Shown: in pieces, positions 41,801 through 56,100 of the stretch
Layout of the letters: each line of letters starts with the position of its first letter
Position numbering within the stretch: position 1 is the first letter of the stretch
Origin: Auanema rhodensis
Taxonomy: Eukaryota > Animalia > Nematoda
Direction: 5' to 3'
Length of the DNA: 64,000 nt
Assembly (NCBI GenBank): GCA_964057225.1
Contig: OZ059896.1
Coordinates: 2,790,001-2,854,000, forward strand
Made by a program: the position numbers and the translations under genes
Notes under the pieces: model-generated
Database searches by the model: none
Seen by the model: the letters and a program-made list of their open reading frames with translations, nothing else
What the model was told of the DNA's origin: nothing

Positions 41801-44800
41801 GTGAAGCGAGTTACATACCGAGTGCACATCACGTGTACATTTAATTAGCATAAATTAAAGTTCACGTAAATTTCAAAGTCATGGTTACCATGAACCAATA
41901 TCAATAAAAATTCGTTTTTAGACTAATTTGGACATGGGGAATCTAATTTTGAAAACCGCATCTCTTTATCTTTCACGTGAAGCGAGTTACATACCAAGTG
42001 CACATCACGTGTACACTTAAATAGCATAAATTAAAGTTCACGTAAATTTCAAAGTCATGGTTACCATGCACCAATATCAATAAAAATTGGTTTTTAGACT
42101 AATATGGACATGGGGAATCTAATTTTGAAAACCGCATCTCTTTATCTTTCACGTGAAGCGAGTTACATACCAAGTGCACATCACGTGTACATTTAATTAG
42201 CATAAATTAAAGTTCACGTAAATTTCAAAGTCATGGTTACCATGCACCAATATCAATAAAAATTCGTTTTTAGACTAATATGGACATGGGGAATCTAATT
42301 TTGAAAACCGCATCTCTTTATCTTTCACGTGAAGCGAGTTACATACCAAGTGCACATCACGTGTACATTTAATTAGCATAAATTAAAGTTCACGTAAATT
42401 TCAAAGTCATGGTTACCATGCACCAATATCAATAAAAATTCGTTTTTAGACTAATTTGGACATGGGGAATCTAATTTTGAAAACCGCATCTCTTTATCTT
42501 TCACGTGAAGCGAGTTACATACCGAGTGCACATCACGTGTACATTTAATTAGCATAAATTAAAGTTCACGTAAATTTCAAAGTCATGGTTACCATGAACC
42601 AATATCAATAAAAATTTGTTTTTAGACTAATATGGACATGGGGAATCTAATTTTGAAAATCGCATCTCTTTATCTTTCACGTGAAGCGAGTTACATATAA
42701 AGTGCACATCACGTGTACATTTAATTAGCATAAATTAAAGTTCACGTAAATTTCAAAGTCATGGTTACCATGCACCAATATTAATAAAAATTTGTTTTTA
42801 GATTAATATGGACATGGGGAATCTAATTTTGAAAACCGCATCTCTTTATCTTTCACGTGAAGCGAGTTACATACCAAGTGCACATCACGTGTACATTTAA
42901 TTAGCATAAATTAAAGTTCACGTAAATTTCAAAGTCATGGTTACCATGCACCAATATCAATAAAAATTTGTTTTTAGACTAATATGGACATGGGGAATCT
43001 AATTTTGGAAACCGCATCTCTTTATTTTTCACGTGAAGCGAGTTACATACCGAGTGCACATCACGTGTACATTTAATTAGCATAAATTAAAGTTCACGTA
43101 AATTTCAAAGTCATGGTTACCATGCACCAATATCAATAAAAATTTGTTTTTAGACTAATATGGACATGGGGAATCTAATTTTGGAAACCGCATCTCTTTA
43201 TTTTTCACGTGAAGCGAGTTACATACCAAGTGCACATCACGTGTACATTTAATTAGCATAAATTAAAGTTCACGTAAATTTCAAAGTCATGGTTACCATG
43301 CACCAATATCAATAAAAATTTGTTTTTAGACTAATATGGACATGGGGAATCTAATTTTGAAAATCGCATCTCTTTATCTTTCACGTGAAGCGAGTTACAT
43401 ACCAAGTGCACATCACGTGTACATTTAATTAGCATAAATTAAAGTTCACGTAAATTTCAAAGTCATGGTTACCATGAACCAATATCAATAAAAATTTGTT
43501 TTTAGACTAATATGGACATGGGGAATCTAATTTTGAAAATCGCATCTCTTTATCTTTCACGTGAAGCGAGTTACATATAAAGTGCACATCACGTGTACAT
43601 TTAATTAGCATAAATTAAAGTTCACGTAAATTTCAAAGTCATGGTTACCATGCACCAATATTAATAAAAATTTGTTTTTAGATTAATATGGACATGGGGA
43701 ATCTAATTTTGAAAACCGCATCTCTTTATCTTTCACGTGAAGCGAGTTACATACCAAGTGCACATCACGTGTACACTTAATTAGCATAAATTAAAGTTCA
43801 CGTAAATTTCAAAGTCATGGTTACCATGCACCAATATCAATAAAAATTGGTTTTCAGACTAATATGGACATGGGGAATCTAATTTTGAAAACCGCATCTC
43901 TTTATCTTTCACGTGAAGCGAGTTACATACCAAGTGCACATCACGTGTACATTTAATTAGCATAAATTAAAGTTCACGTAAATTTCAAAGTCATGGTTAC
44001 CATGCACCAATATCAATAAAAATTCGTTTTTAGACTAATTTGGACATGGGGAATCTAATTTTGAAAACCGCATCTCTTTATCTTTCACGTGAAGCGAGTT
44101 ACATACCGAGTGCACATCACGTGTACATTTAATTAGCATAAATTAAAGTTCACGTAAATTTCAAAGTCATGGTTACCATGAACCAATATCAATAAAAATT
44201 TGTTTTTAGACTAATATGGACATGGGGAATCTAATTTTGGAAACCGCATCTCTTTATTTTTCAAGTGAAGCGAGTTACATACCAAGTGCACATCACGTGT
44301 ACATTTAATTAGCATAAATTAAAGTTCACGTAAATTTCAAAGTCATGGTTACCATGCACCAATATCAATAAAAATTTGTTTTTAGACTAATATGGACATG
44401 GGGAATCTAATTTTGAAAATCGCATCTCTTTATCTTTCACGTGAAGCGAGTTACATACCAAGTGCACATCACGTGTACATTTAATTAGCATAAATTAAAG
44501 TTCACGTAAATTTCAAAGTCATGGTTACCATGAACCAATATCAATAAAAATTTGTTTTTAGACTAATATGGACATGGGGAATCTAATTTTGAGAATCGCA
44601 TCTCTTTATCTTTCACGTGAAGCGAGTTACATATAAAGTGCACATCACGTGTACATTTAATTAGCATAAATTAAAGTTCACGTAAATTTCAAAGTCATGG
44701 TTACCATGCACCAATATTAATAAAAATTTGTTTTTAGATTAATATGGACATGGGGAATCTAATTTTGAAAACCGCATCTCTTTATCTTTCACGTGAAGCG

Positions 44801-47800
44801 AGTTACATACCAAGTGCACATCACGTGTACATTTAATTAGCATAAATTAAAGTTCACGTAAATTTCAAAGTCATGGTTACCATGCACCAATATCAATAAA
44901 AATTCGTTTTTAGACTAATTTGGACATGGGGAATCTAATTTTGAAAACCGCATCTCTTTATCTTTCACGTGAAGCGAGTTACATACCGAGTGCACATCAC
45001 GTGTACATTTAATTAGCATAAATTAAAGTTCACGTAAATTTCAAAGTCATGGTTACCATGAACCAATATCAATAAAAATTTGTTTTTAGACTAATATGTA
45101 CATGGGGAATCTAATTTTGGAAACCGCATCTCTTTATTTTTCACGTGAAGCGAGTTACATACCAAGTGCACATCAAGTGTACATTTAATTAGCATAAATT
45201 AAAGTTCACGTAAATTTCAAAGTCATGGTTACCATGCACCAATATCAATAAAAATTTGTTTTTAGACTAATATGGACATGGGGAATCTAATTTTGAAAAT
45301 CGCATCTCTTTATCTTTCACGTGAAGCGAGTTACATACCAAGTGCACATCACGTGTACATTTAATTAGCATAAATTAAAGTTCACGTAAATTTCGAAGTC
45401 ATGGTTACCATGAACCAATATCAATAAAAATTTGTTTTTAGACTAATATGGACATGGGGAATCTAATTTTGAAAATCGCATCTCTTTATCTTTCACGTGA
45501 AGCGAGTTACATACCAAGTGCACATCACGTGTACATTTAATTAGCATAAATTAAAGTTCACGTAAATTTCAAAGTCATGGTTACCATGCACCAATAATCA
45601 TAAAAATTTGTTTTTAGATTAATATGGACATGGGGAATCTAATTTTGAAAACCGCATCTCTTTATCTTTCACGTGAAGCGAGTTACATACCAAGTGCACA
45701 TCACGTGTACATTTAATTAGCATAAATTAAAGTTCACGTAAATTTCAAAGTCATGGTTACCATGAACCAATATCAATAAAAATTTGTTTTTAGACTAATA
45801 TGGACATGGGGAATCTAATTTTGAAAATCGCATCTCTTTATCTTTCACGTGAAGCGAGTTACATACCAAGTGCACATCACGTGTACATTTAATTAGCATA
45901 AATTAAAGTTCACGTAAATTTCAAAGTCATGGTTACCATGCACCAATATTAATAAAAATTTGTTTTTAGATTAATATGGACATGGGGAATCTAATTTTGA
46001 AAACCGCATCTCTTTATCTTTCACGTGAAGCGAGTTACATACCAAGTGCACATCACGTGTACACTTAATTAGCATAAATTAAAGTTCACGTAAATTTCAA
46101 AGTCATGGTTACCATGCACCAATATCAATAAAAATTGGTTTTTAGACTAATATGGACATGGGGAATCTAATTTTGAAAACCGCATCTCTTTATCTTTCAC
46201 GTGAAGCGAGTTACATACCAAGTGCACATCACGTGTACACTTAATTAGCATAAATTAAAGTTCACGTAAATTTCAAAGTCATGGTTACCATGCACCAATA
46301 TCAATAAAAATTGGTTTTTAGACTAATATGGACATGGGGAATCTAATTTTGAGAACCGCATCTCTTTATCTTTCACGTGAAGCGAGTTACATACCAAGTG
46401 CACATCACGTGTACATTTAATTAGCATAAATTAAAGTTCACGTAAATTTCAAAGTCATGGTTACCATGCACCAATATCAATAAAAATTCGTTTTTAGACT
46501 AATTTGGACATGGGGAATCTAATTTTGAAAACCGCATCTCTTTATCTTTCACGTGAAGCGAGTTACATACCGAGTGCACATCACGTGTACATTTAATTAG
46601 CATAAATTAAAGTTCACGTAAATTTCAAAGTCATGGTTACCATGAACCAATATCAATAAAAATTTGTTTTTAGACTAATATGGACATGGGGAATCTAATT
46701 TTGGAAACCGCATCTCTTTATTTTTCACGTGAAGCGAGTTACATACCAAGTGCACATCACGTGTACATTTAATTAGCATAAATTAAAGTTCACGTAAATT
46801 TCAAAGTCATGGTTACCATGCACCAATATCAATAAAAATTTGTTTTTAGACTAATATGGACATGGAGAATCTAATTTTGAAAATCGCATCTCTTTATCTT
46901 TCACGTGAAGCGAGTTACATACCAAGTGCACATCACGTGTACATTTAATTAGCATAAATTAAAGTTCACGTAAATTTCAAAGTCATGGTTACCATGAACC
47001 AATATCAATAAAAATTTGTTTTTAGACTAATATGGACATGGGGAATCTAATTTTGAAAACCGCATCTCTTTATCTTTCACGTGAAGCGAGTTACATACCA
47101 AGTGCACATCACGTGTACACTTAATTAGCATAAATTAAAGTTCACGTAAATTTCAAAGTCATGGTTACCATGCACCAATATCAATAAAAATTGGTTTTTA
47201 GACTAATATGGACATGGGGAATCTAATTTTGAAAACCGCATCTCTTTATCTTTCACGTGAAGCGAGTTACATACCAAGTGCACATCACGTGTACATTTAA
47301 TTAGCATAAATTAAAGTTCACGTAAATTTCAAAGTCATGGTTACCATGCACCAATATTAATAAAAATTTGTTTTTAGATTAATATGGACATGGGGAATCT
47401 AATTTTGAAAACCGCATCTATTTATCTTTCACGTGAAGCGAGTTACATACCAAGTGCACATCACGTGTACACTTAATTAGCATAAATTAAAGTTCACGTA
47501 AATTTCAAAGTCATGGTTACCATGCACCAATATCAATAAAAATTGGTTTTTAGACTAATATGGACATGGGGAATCTAATTTTGAAAACCGCATCTCTTTA
47601 TCTTTCACGTGAAGCGAGTTACATACCAAGTGCACATCACGTGTACATTTAATTAGCATAAATTAAAGTTCACGTAAATTTCAAAGTCATGGTTACCATG
47701 CACCAATATCAATAAAAATTTGTTTTTAGACTAATATGGACATGGGGAATCTAATTTTGAAAATCGCATCTCTTTATCTTTCACGTGAAGCGAGTTACAT

Positions 47801-50800
47801 ACCAAGTGCACATCACGTGTACATTTAATTAGCATAAATTAAAGTTCACGTAAATTTCAAAGTCATGGTTACCATGAACCAATATCAATAAAAATTTGTT
47901 TTTAGACTAATATGGACATGGGGAATCTAATTTTGAAAATCGCATCTCTTTATCTTTCACGTGAAGCGAGTTACATATAAAGTGCACATCACGTGTACAT
48001 TTAATTAGCATAAATTAAAGTTCACGTAAATTTCAAAGTCATGGTTACCATGCACCAATATTAATAAAAATTTGTTTTTAGATTAATATGGACATGGGGA
48101 ATCTAATTTTGAAAACCGCATCTCTTTATCTTTCACGTGAAGCGAGTTACATACCAAGTGCACATCACGTGTACATTTAATTAGCATAAATTAAAGTTCA
48201 CGTAAATTTCAAAGTCATGGTTACCATGCACCAATATCAATAAAAATTGGTTTTTAGACTAATATGGACATGGGGAATCTAATTTTGAAAACCGCATCTC
48301 TTTATCTTTCACGTGAAGCGAGTTACATACCAAGTGCACATCACGTGTACATTTAATTAGCATAAATTAAAGTTCACGTAAATTTCAAAGTCATGGTTAC
48401 CATGAACCAATATCAATAAAAATTTGTTTTTAGACTAATATGGACATGGGGAATCTAATTTTGGAAACCGCATCTCTTTATTTTTCACGTGAAGCGAGTT
48501 ACATACCAAGTGCACATCACGTGTACATTTAATTAGCATAAATTAAAGTTCACGTAAATTTCAAAGTCATGGTTACCATGAACCAATATCAATAAAAATT
48601 TGTTTTTAGACTAATATGGACATGGGGAATCTAATTTTGAAAATCGCATCTCTTTATCTTTCACGTGAAGCGAGTTACATATAAAGTGCACATCACGTGT
48701 ACATTTAATTAGCATAAATTAAAGTTCACGTAAATTTCAAAGTCATGGTTACCATGCACCAATATTAATAAAAATTTGTTTTTAGATTAATATGGACATG
48801 GGGAATCTAATTTTGAAAACCGCATCTCTTTATCTTTCACGTGAAGCGAGTTACATACCAAGTGCACATCACGTGTACATTTAATTAGCATAAATTAAAG
48901 TTCACGTAAATTTCAAAGTCATGGTTACCATGCACCAATATCAATAAAAATTCGTTTTTAGACTAATTTGGACATGGGGAATCTAATTTTGAAAACCGCA
49001 TCTCTTTATCTTTCACGTGAAGCGAGTTACATACCGAGTGCACATCACGTGTACATTTAATTAGCATAAATTAAAGTTCACGTAAATTTCAAAGTCATGG
49101 TTACCATGAACCAATATCAATAAAAATTTGTTTTTAGACTAATATGGACATGGGGAATCTAATTTTGGAAACCGCATCTCTTTATTTTTCACGTGAAGCG
49201 AGTTACATACCAAGTGCACATCACGTGTACATTTAATTAGCATAAATTAAAGTTCACGTAAATTTCAAAGTCATGGTTACCATGCACCAATATCAATAAA
49301 AATTTGTTTTTAGACTAATATGGACATGGGGAATCTAATTTTGAAAATCGCATCTCTTTATCTTTCACGTGAAGCGAGTTACATATAAAGTGCACATCAC
49401 GTGTACATTTAATTAGCATAAATTAAAGTTCACGTAAATTTCAAAGTCATGGTTACCATGCACCAATATTAATAAAAATTTGTTTTTAGATTAATATGGA
49501 CATGGGGAATCTAATTTTGAAAACCGCATCTCTTTATCTTTCACGTGAAGCGAGTTACATACCAAGTGCACATCACGTGTACACTTAATTAGCATAAATT
49601 AAAGTTCACGTAAATTTCAAAGTCAAGGTTACCATGAACCAATATCAATAAAAATTTGTTTTTAGACTAATATGGACATGGGGAATCTAATTTTGAAAAT
49701 CGCATCTCTTTATCTTTCACGTGAAGCGAGTTACATACCAAGTGCACATCACGTGTACATTTAATTAGCATAAATTAAAGTTCACGTAAATTTCAAAGTC
49801 ATGGTTACCATGCACCAATATTAATAAAAATTTGTTTTTAGATTAATATGGACATGGGGAATCTAATTTTGAAAACCGCATCTCTTTATCTTTCACGTGA
49901 AGCGAGTTACATACCAAGTGCACATCACGTGTACACTTAATTAGCATAAATTAAAGTTCACGTAAATTTCAAAGTCATGGTTACCATGCACCAATATCAA
50001 TAAAAATTGGTTTTTAGACTAATATGGACATGGGGAATCTAATTTTGAAAACCGCATCTCTTTATCTTTCACGTGAAGCGAGTTACATACCAAGTGCACA
50101 TCACGTGTACATTTAATTAGCATAAATTAAAGTTCACGTAAATTTCAAAGTCATGGTTACCATGCACCAATATCAATAAAAATTCGTTTTTAGACTAATT
50201 TGGACATGGGGAATCTAATTTTGAAAACCGCATCTCTTTATCTTTCACGTGAAGCGAGTTACATACCGAGTGCACATCACGTGTACATTTAATTAGCATA
50301 AATTAAAGTTCACGTAAATTTCAAAGTCATGGTTACCATGAACCAATATCAATAAAAATTTGTTTTTAGACTAATATGGACATGGGGAATCTAATTTTGA
50401 AAACCGCATCTCTTTATTTTTCACGTGAAGCGAGTTACATACCAAGTGCACATCACGTGTACATTTAATTAGCATAAATTAAAGTTCACGTAAATTTCAA
50501 AGTCATGGTTACCATGCACCAATATCAATAAAAATTTGTTTTTAGACTAATATGGACATGGAGAATCTAATTTTGAAAATCGCATCTCTTTATCTTTCAC
50601 GTGAAGCGAGTTACATACCAAGTGCACATCACGTGTACATTTAATTAGCATAAATTAAAGTTCACGTAAATTTCAAAGTCATGGTTACCATGAACCAATA
50701 TCAATAAAAATTTGTTTTTAGACTAATATGGACATGGGGAATCTAATTTTGAAAACCGCATCTCTTTATCTTTCACGTGAAGCGAGTTACATACCAAGTG

Positions 50801-53138
50801 CACATCACGTGTACACTTAATTAGCATAAATTAAAGTTCACGTAAATTTCAAAGTCATGGTTACCATGCACCAATATCAATAAAAATTGGTTTTTAGACT
50901 AATATGGACATGGGGAATCTAATTTTGAAAACCGCATCTCTTTATCTTTCACGTGAAGCGAGTTACATACCAAGTGCACATCACGTGTACACTTAATTAG
51001 CATAAATTAAAGTTCACGTAAATTTCAAAGTCATGGTTACCATGCACCAATATCAATAAAAATTTGTTTTTAGACTAATATGGACATGGGGAATCTAATT
51101 TTGAAAACCGCATCTCTTTATCTTTCACGTGAAGCGAGTTACATACCAAGTGCACATCACGTGTACATTTAATTAGCATAAATTAAAGTTCACGTAAATT
51201 TCAAAGTCATGGTTACCATGAACCAATATCAATAAAAATTTGTTTTTAGACTAATATGGACATGGGGAATCTAATTTTGAATACCGCATCTCTTTATCTT
51301 TCACGTGAAGCGAGTTACATACCAAGTGCACATCACGTGTACATTTAATTAGCATAAATTAAAGTTCACGTAAATTTCAAAGTCATGGTTACCATGCACC
51401 AATATTAATAAAAATTTGTTTTTAGATTAATATGGACATGGGGAATCTAATTTTGAAAACCGCATCTATTTATCTTTCACGTGAAGCGAGTTACATACCA
51501 AGTGCACATCACGTGTACACTTAATTAGCATAAATTAAAGTTCACGTAAATTTCAAAGTCATGGTTACCATGCACCAATATCAATAAAAATTGGTTTTTA
51601 GACTAATATGGACATGGGGAATCTAATTTTGAAAACCGCATCTCTTTATCTTTCACGTGAAGCGAGTTACATACCAAGTGCACATCACGTGTACATTTAA
51701 TTAGCATAAATTAAAGTTCACGTAAATTTCAAAGTCATGGTTACCATGCACCAATATCAATAAAAATTTGTTTTTAGACTAATATGGACATGGGGAATCT
51801 AATTTTGAAAATCGCATCTCTTTATCTTTCACGTGAAGCGAGTTACATACCAAGTGCACATCACGTGTACATTTAATTAGCATAAATTAAAGTTCACGTA
51901 AATTTCAAAGTCATGGTTACCATGAACCAATATCAATAAAAATTTGTTTTTAGACTAATATGGACATGGGGAATCTAATTTTGAAAATCGCATCTCTTTA
52001 TCTTTCACGTGAAGCGAGTTACATATAAAGTGCACATCACGTGTACATTTAATTAGCATAAATTAAAGTTCACGTAAATTTCAAAGTCATGGTTACCATG
52101 CACCAATATTAATAAAAATTTGTTTTTAGATTAATATGGACATGGGGAATCTAATTTTGAAAACCGCATCTCTTTATCTTTCACGTGAAGCGAGTTACAT
52201 ACCAAGTGCACATCACGTGTACATTTAATTAGCATAAATTAAAGTTCACGTAAATTTCAAAGTCATGGTTACCATGCACCAATATCAATAAAAATTCGTT
52301 TTTAGACTAATTTGGACATGGGGAATCTAATTTTGAAAACCGCATCTCTTTATCTTTCACGTGAAGCGAGTTACATACCGAGTGCACATCACGTGTACAT
52401 TTAATTAGCATAAATTAAAGTTCACGTAAATTTCAAAGTCATGGTTACCATGAACCAATATCAATAAAAATTTGTATTCAGACTAATATGGACATGGGGA
52501 ATCTAATTTTGGAAACCGCATCTCTTTATTTTTCACGTGAAGCGAGTTACATACCAAGTGCACATCACGTGTACATTTAATTAGCATAAATTAAAGTTCA
52601 CGTAAATTTCAAAGTCATGGTTACCATGAACCAATATCAATAAAAATTTGTTTTTAGACTAATATGGACATGGGGAATCTAATTTTGAAAATCGCATCTC
52701 TTTATCTTTCACGTGAAGCGAGTTACATATAAAGTGCACATCACGTGTACATTTAATTAGCATAAATTAAAGTTCACGTAAATTTCAAAGTCATGGTTAC
52801 CATGCACCAATATTAATACAAATTTGTTTTTAGATTAATATGGACATGGGGAATCTAATTTTGAAAACCGCATCTCTTTATCTTTCACGTGAAGCGAGTT
52901 ACATACCAAGTGCACATCACGTGTACATTTAATTAGCATAAATTAAAGTTCACGTAAATTTCAAAGTCATGGTTACCATGAACCAATATCAATAAAAATT
53001 TGTTTTTAGACTAATATGGACATGGGGAATCTAATTTTGGAAACCGCATCTCTTTATTTTTCACGTGAAGCGAGTTACATACCAAGTGCACATCACGTGT
53101 ACATTTAATTAGCATAAATTAAAGTTCACGTAAATTTC
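30259..53138. repeat. Domain II: irregular 5/6-monomer higher-order repeat (A-B-C-D-E-F, ideal unit 1056 bp)
   Basis: Monomer types: A 19A+TATAAAG; B TATTAAT+GATTAAT+/-CACTT; C ATTGGTT; D ATTCGTT+AATTTGG+CCGAG; E TTGGAAA+TATTTTTC; F AAATCGC. Full order at 34131, 34307, 34483, 34659, 34835, 35011, followed by a 5-mer lacking C at 35187-36066. Confidence 0.85.
45747..52962. repeat. Imperfect duplication of a ~21-23-monomer block
   Basis: GGAGAAT F monomers at 46803/50499 (21 monomers apart) and CATCTATTT B monomers at 47331/51379 (23 apart), with largely collinear flanking monomer types. Confidence 0.75.
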
Positions 53139-56100
53139 AAAGTCATGGTTACCATGAACCAATATCAATAAAAATTTGTTTTTAGACTAATATGGACATG
53201 GGGAATCTAATTTTGAAAATTGCATCTCTTTATCTTTCACCTGAAGCGAGTTACATACCAAGTGCACATCACGTGTACATTTAATTAGCATAAATTAAAG
53301 TTCACGTAAATTTCAAAGTCATGGTTACCATGAACCAATATCAATAAAAATTTGTTTTTAGACTAATATGGACATGGGGAATCTAATTTTGAAAATCGCA
53401 TCTCTTTATCTTTCACGTGAAGCGAGTTACATACCAAGTGCACATCACGTGTACATTTAATTAGCATAAATTAAAGTTCACGTAAATTTCAAAGTCATGG
53501 TTACCATGAACCAATATCAATAAAAATTTGTTTTAAACTAATATGGACATGGGGAATCTAATTTTGAAAACCGCATCTCTTTATCTTTCACGTGCAGCGA
53601 GTTACATACCAAGTGCACATCACGTGTTTACTTAATTAGCATAAATTAAAGTTCACGTAAATTTCAAAGTCATGGTTACCATGCACCAATATCAATAAAA
53701 ATTGGTTTTTAGACTAATATGGACATGGGGAATCTAATTTTGAAAACCGCATCTCTTTATCTTTCACGTGAAGCGAGTTACATACCAAGTGCACATCACG
53801 TGTACATTTAATTAGCATAAATTAAAGTTCACGTAAATTTCAAAGTCATGGTTACCATGCACCAATATCAATAAAAATTTGTTTTTAGACTAATTTGGAC
53901 ATGGGGAATCTAATTTTGAAAACCGCATCTCTTTATCTTTCAAGTGAAGCGAGTTACATACCAAGTGCACATCACGTGTACATTTAATTAGCATAAATTA
54001 AAGTTCACGTAAATTTCAAAGTCATGGTTACCATGCACCAATATCAATAAAAATTTGTTTTTAGACTAATTTGGACATGGGGAATCTAATTTTGAAAATC
54101 GCATCTCTTTATCTTTCACGTGAAGCGAGTTACATATAAAGTGCACATCACGTGTACATTTAATTAGCATAAATTAAAGTTCACGTAAATTTCAAAGTCA
54201 TGGTTACCATGCACCAATATTAATAAAAATTTGTTTTTAGATTAATATGGACATGGGGAATCTAATTTTGAAAACCGCATCTCTTTATCTTTCACGCGAA
54301 GCGAGTTACATACCAAGTGCACATCACGTGTACACTTAATTAGCATAAATTAAAGTTCACGTAAATTTCAAAGTCATGGTTACCATGCACCAATATCAAT
54401 AAAAATTGGTTTTTAGACTAATATGGACATGGGGAATCTAATTTTGAAAACCGCATCTCTTTATCTTTCACGTGAAGCGAGTTACATACCAAGTGCACAT
54501 CACGTGTACATTTAATTAGCATAAATTAAAGTTCACGTAAATTTCAAAGTCATGGTTACCATGCACCAATATCAATAAAAATTTGTTTTTAGACTAATTT
54601 GGACATGGGGAATCTAATTTTGAAAACCGCATCTCTTTATCTTTCAAGTGAAGCGAGTTACATACCAAGTGCACATCACGTGTACATTTAATTAGCATAA
54701 ATTAAAGTTCACGTAAATTTCAAAGTCATGGTTACCATGCACCAATATCAATAAAAATTTGTTTTTAGACTAATTTGGACATGGGGAATCTAATTTTGAA
54801 AACCGCATCTCTTTATCTTTCACGTGAAGCGAGTTACATACCAAGTGCACATCACGTGTACATTTAATTAGCATAAATTAAAGTTCACGTAAATTTCAAA
54901 GTCATGGTTACCATGCACCAATATCAATAAAAATTTGTTTTTAGACTAATATGGACACGGGGAATCTAATTTTGAAAATCGCATCTCTTTATCTTTCACG
55001 TGAAGCGAGTTACATACCAAGTGCACATCACGTGTACATTTAATTAGCATAAATTAAAGTTCACGTAAATTTCAAAGTCATGGTTACCATGAACCAATAT
55101 CAATAAAAATTTGTTTTTAGACTAATATGGACATGGGGAATCTAATTTCGAAAACCGCATCTCTTTATCTTTCACGTGAAGCGAGTTACATACCAAGTGC
55201 ACATCACGTGTACATTTAATTAGCATAAATTAAAGTTCACGTAAATTTCAAAGTCATGGTTACCATGCACCAATATCAATAAAAATTTGTTTTTAGACTA
55301 ATTTGGACATGGGGAATCTAATTTTGAAAACCGCATCTCTTTATCTTTCAAGTGAAGCGAGTTACATACCAAGTGCACATCACGTGTACATTTAATTAGC
55401 ATAAATTAAAGTTCACGTAAATTTCAAAGTCATGGTTACCATGCACCAATATCAATAAAAATTTGTTTTTAGACTAATATGGACATGAGGAATCTAATTT
55501 TGAAAACCGCATCTCTTTATCTTTCACGTGAAGCGAGTTACATACCTAGTGCACATCACGTGTACATTTAATTAGCATAAATTAAAGTTCACGTAAATTT
55601 CAAAGTCATGGTTACCATGAACCAATATCAATAAAAATTTGTTTTTAAACTAATATGGACATGGGGAATCTAATTTTGAAAACCGCATCTCTTTATATTT
55701 CACGTGAAGCGAGTTACATACCTAGTGCACATCACGTGTACATTTAATTAGCATAAATTAAAGTTCACGTAAATTTCAAAGTCATGGTTACCATGAACCA
55801 ATATCAATAAAAATTTGTTTTTAAACTAATATGGACATGGGGAATCTAATTTTGAAAACCGCATCTCTTTATCTTTCACGTGAAGCGAGTTACATACCTA
55901 GTGCCCATCACGTGTACATTTAATTAGCATAAATTAAAGTTCACGTAAAATTCAAAGTCATGGTTACCATGAACCAATATCAATAAAAATTTGTTTTTAG
56001 ACTAATATGGACATCGGGAATCTAATTTTGGTAACCGCATTTCTTTATCTCTCACGTGAAGCGAGTTACATACCAAGTGCACATCACGTGTACATTTAAT

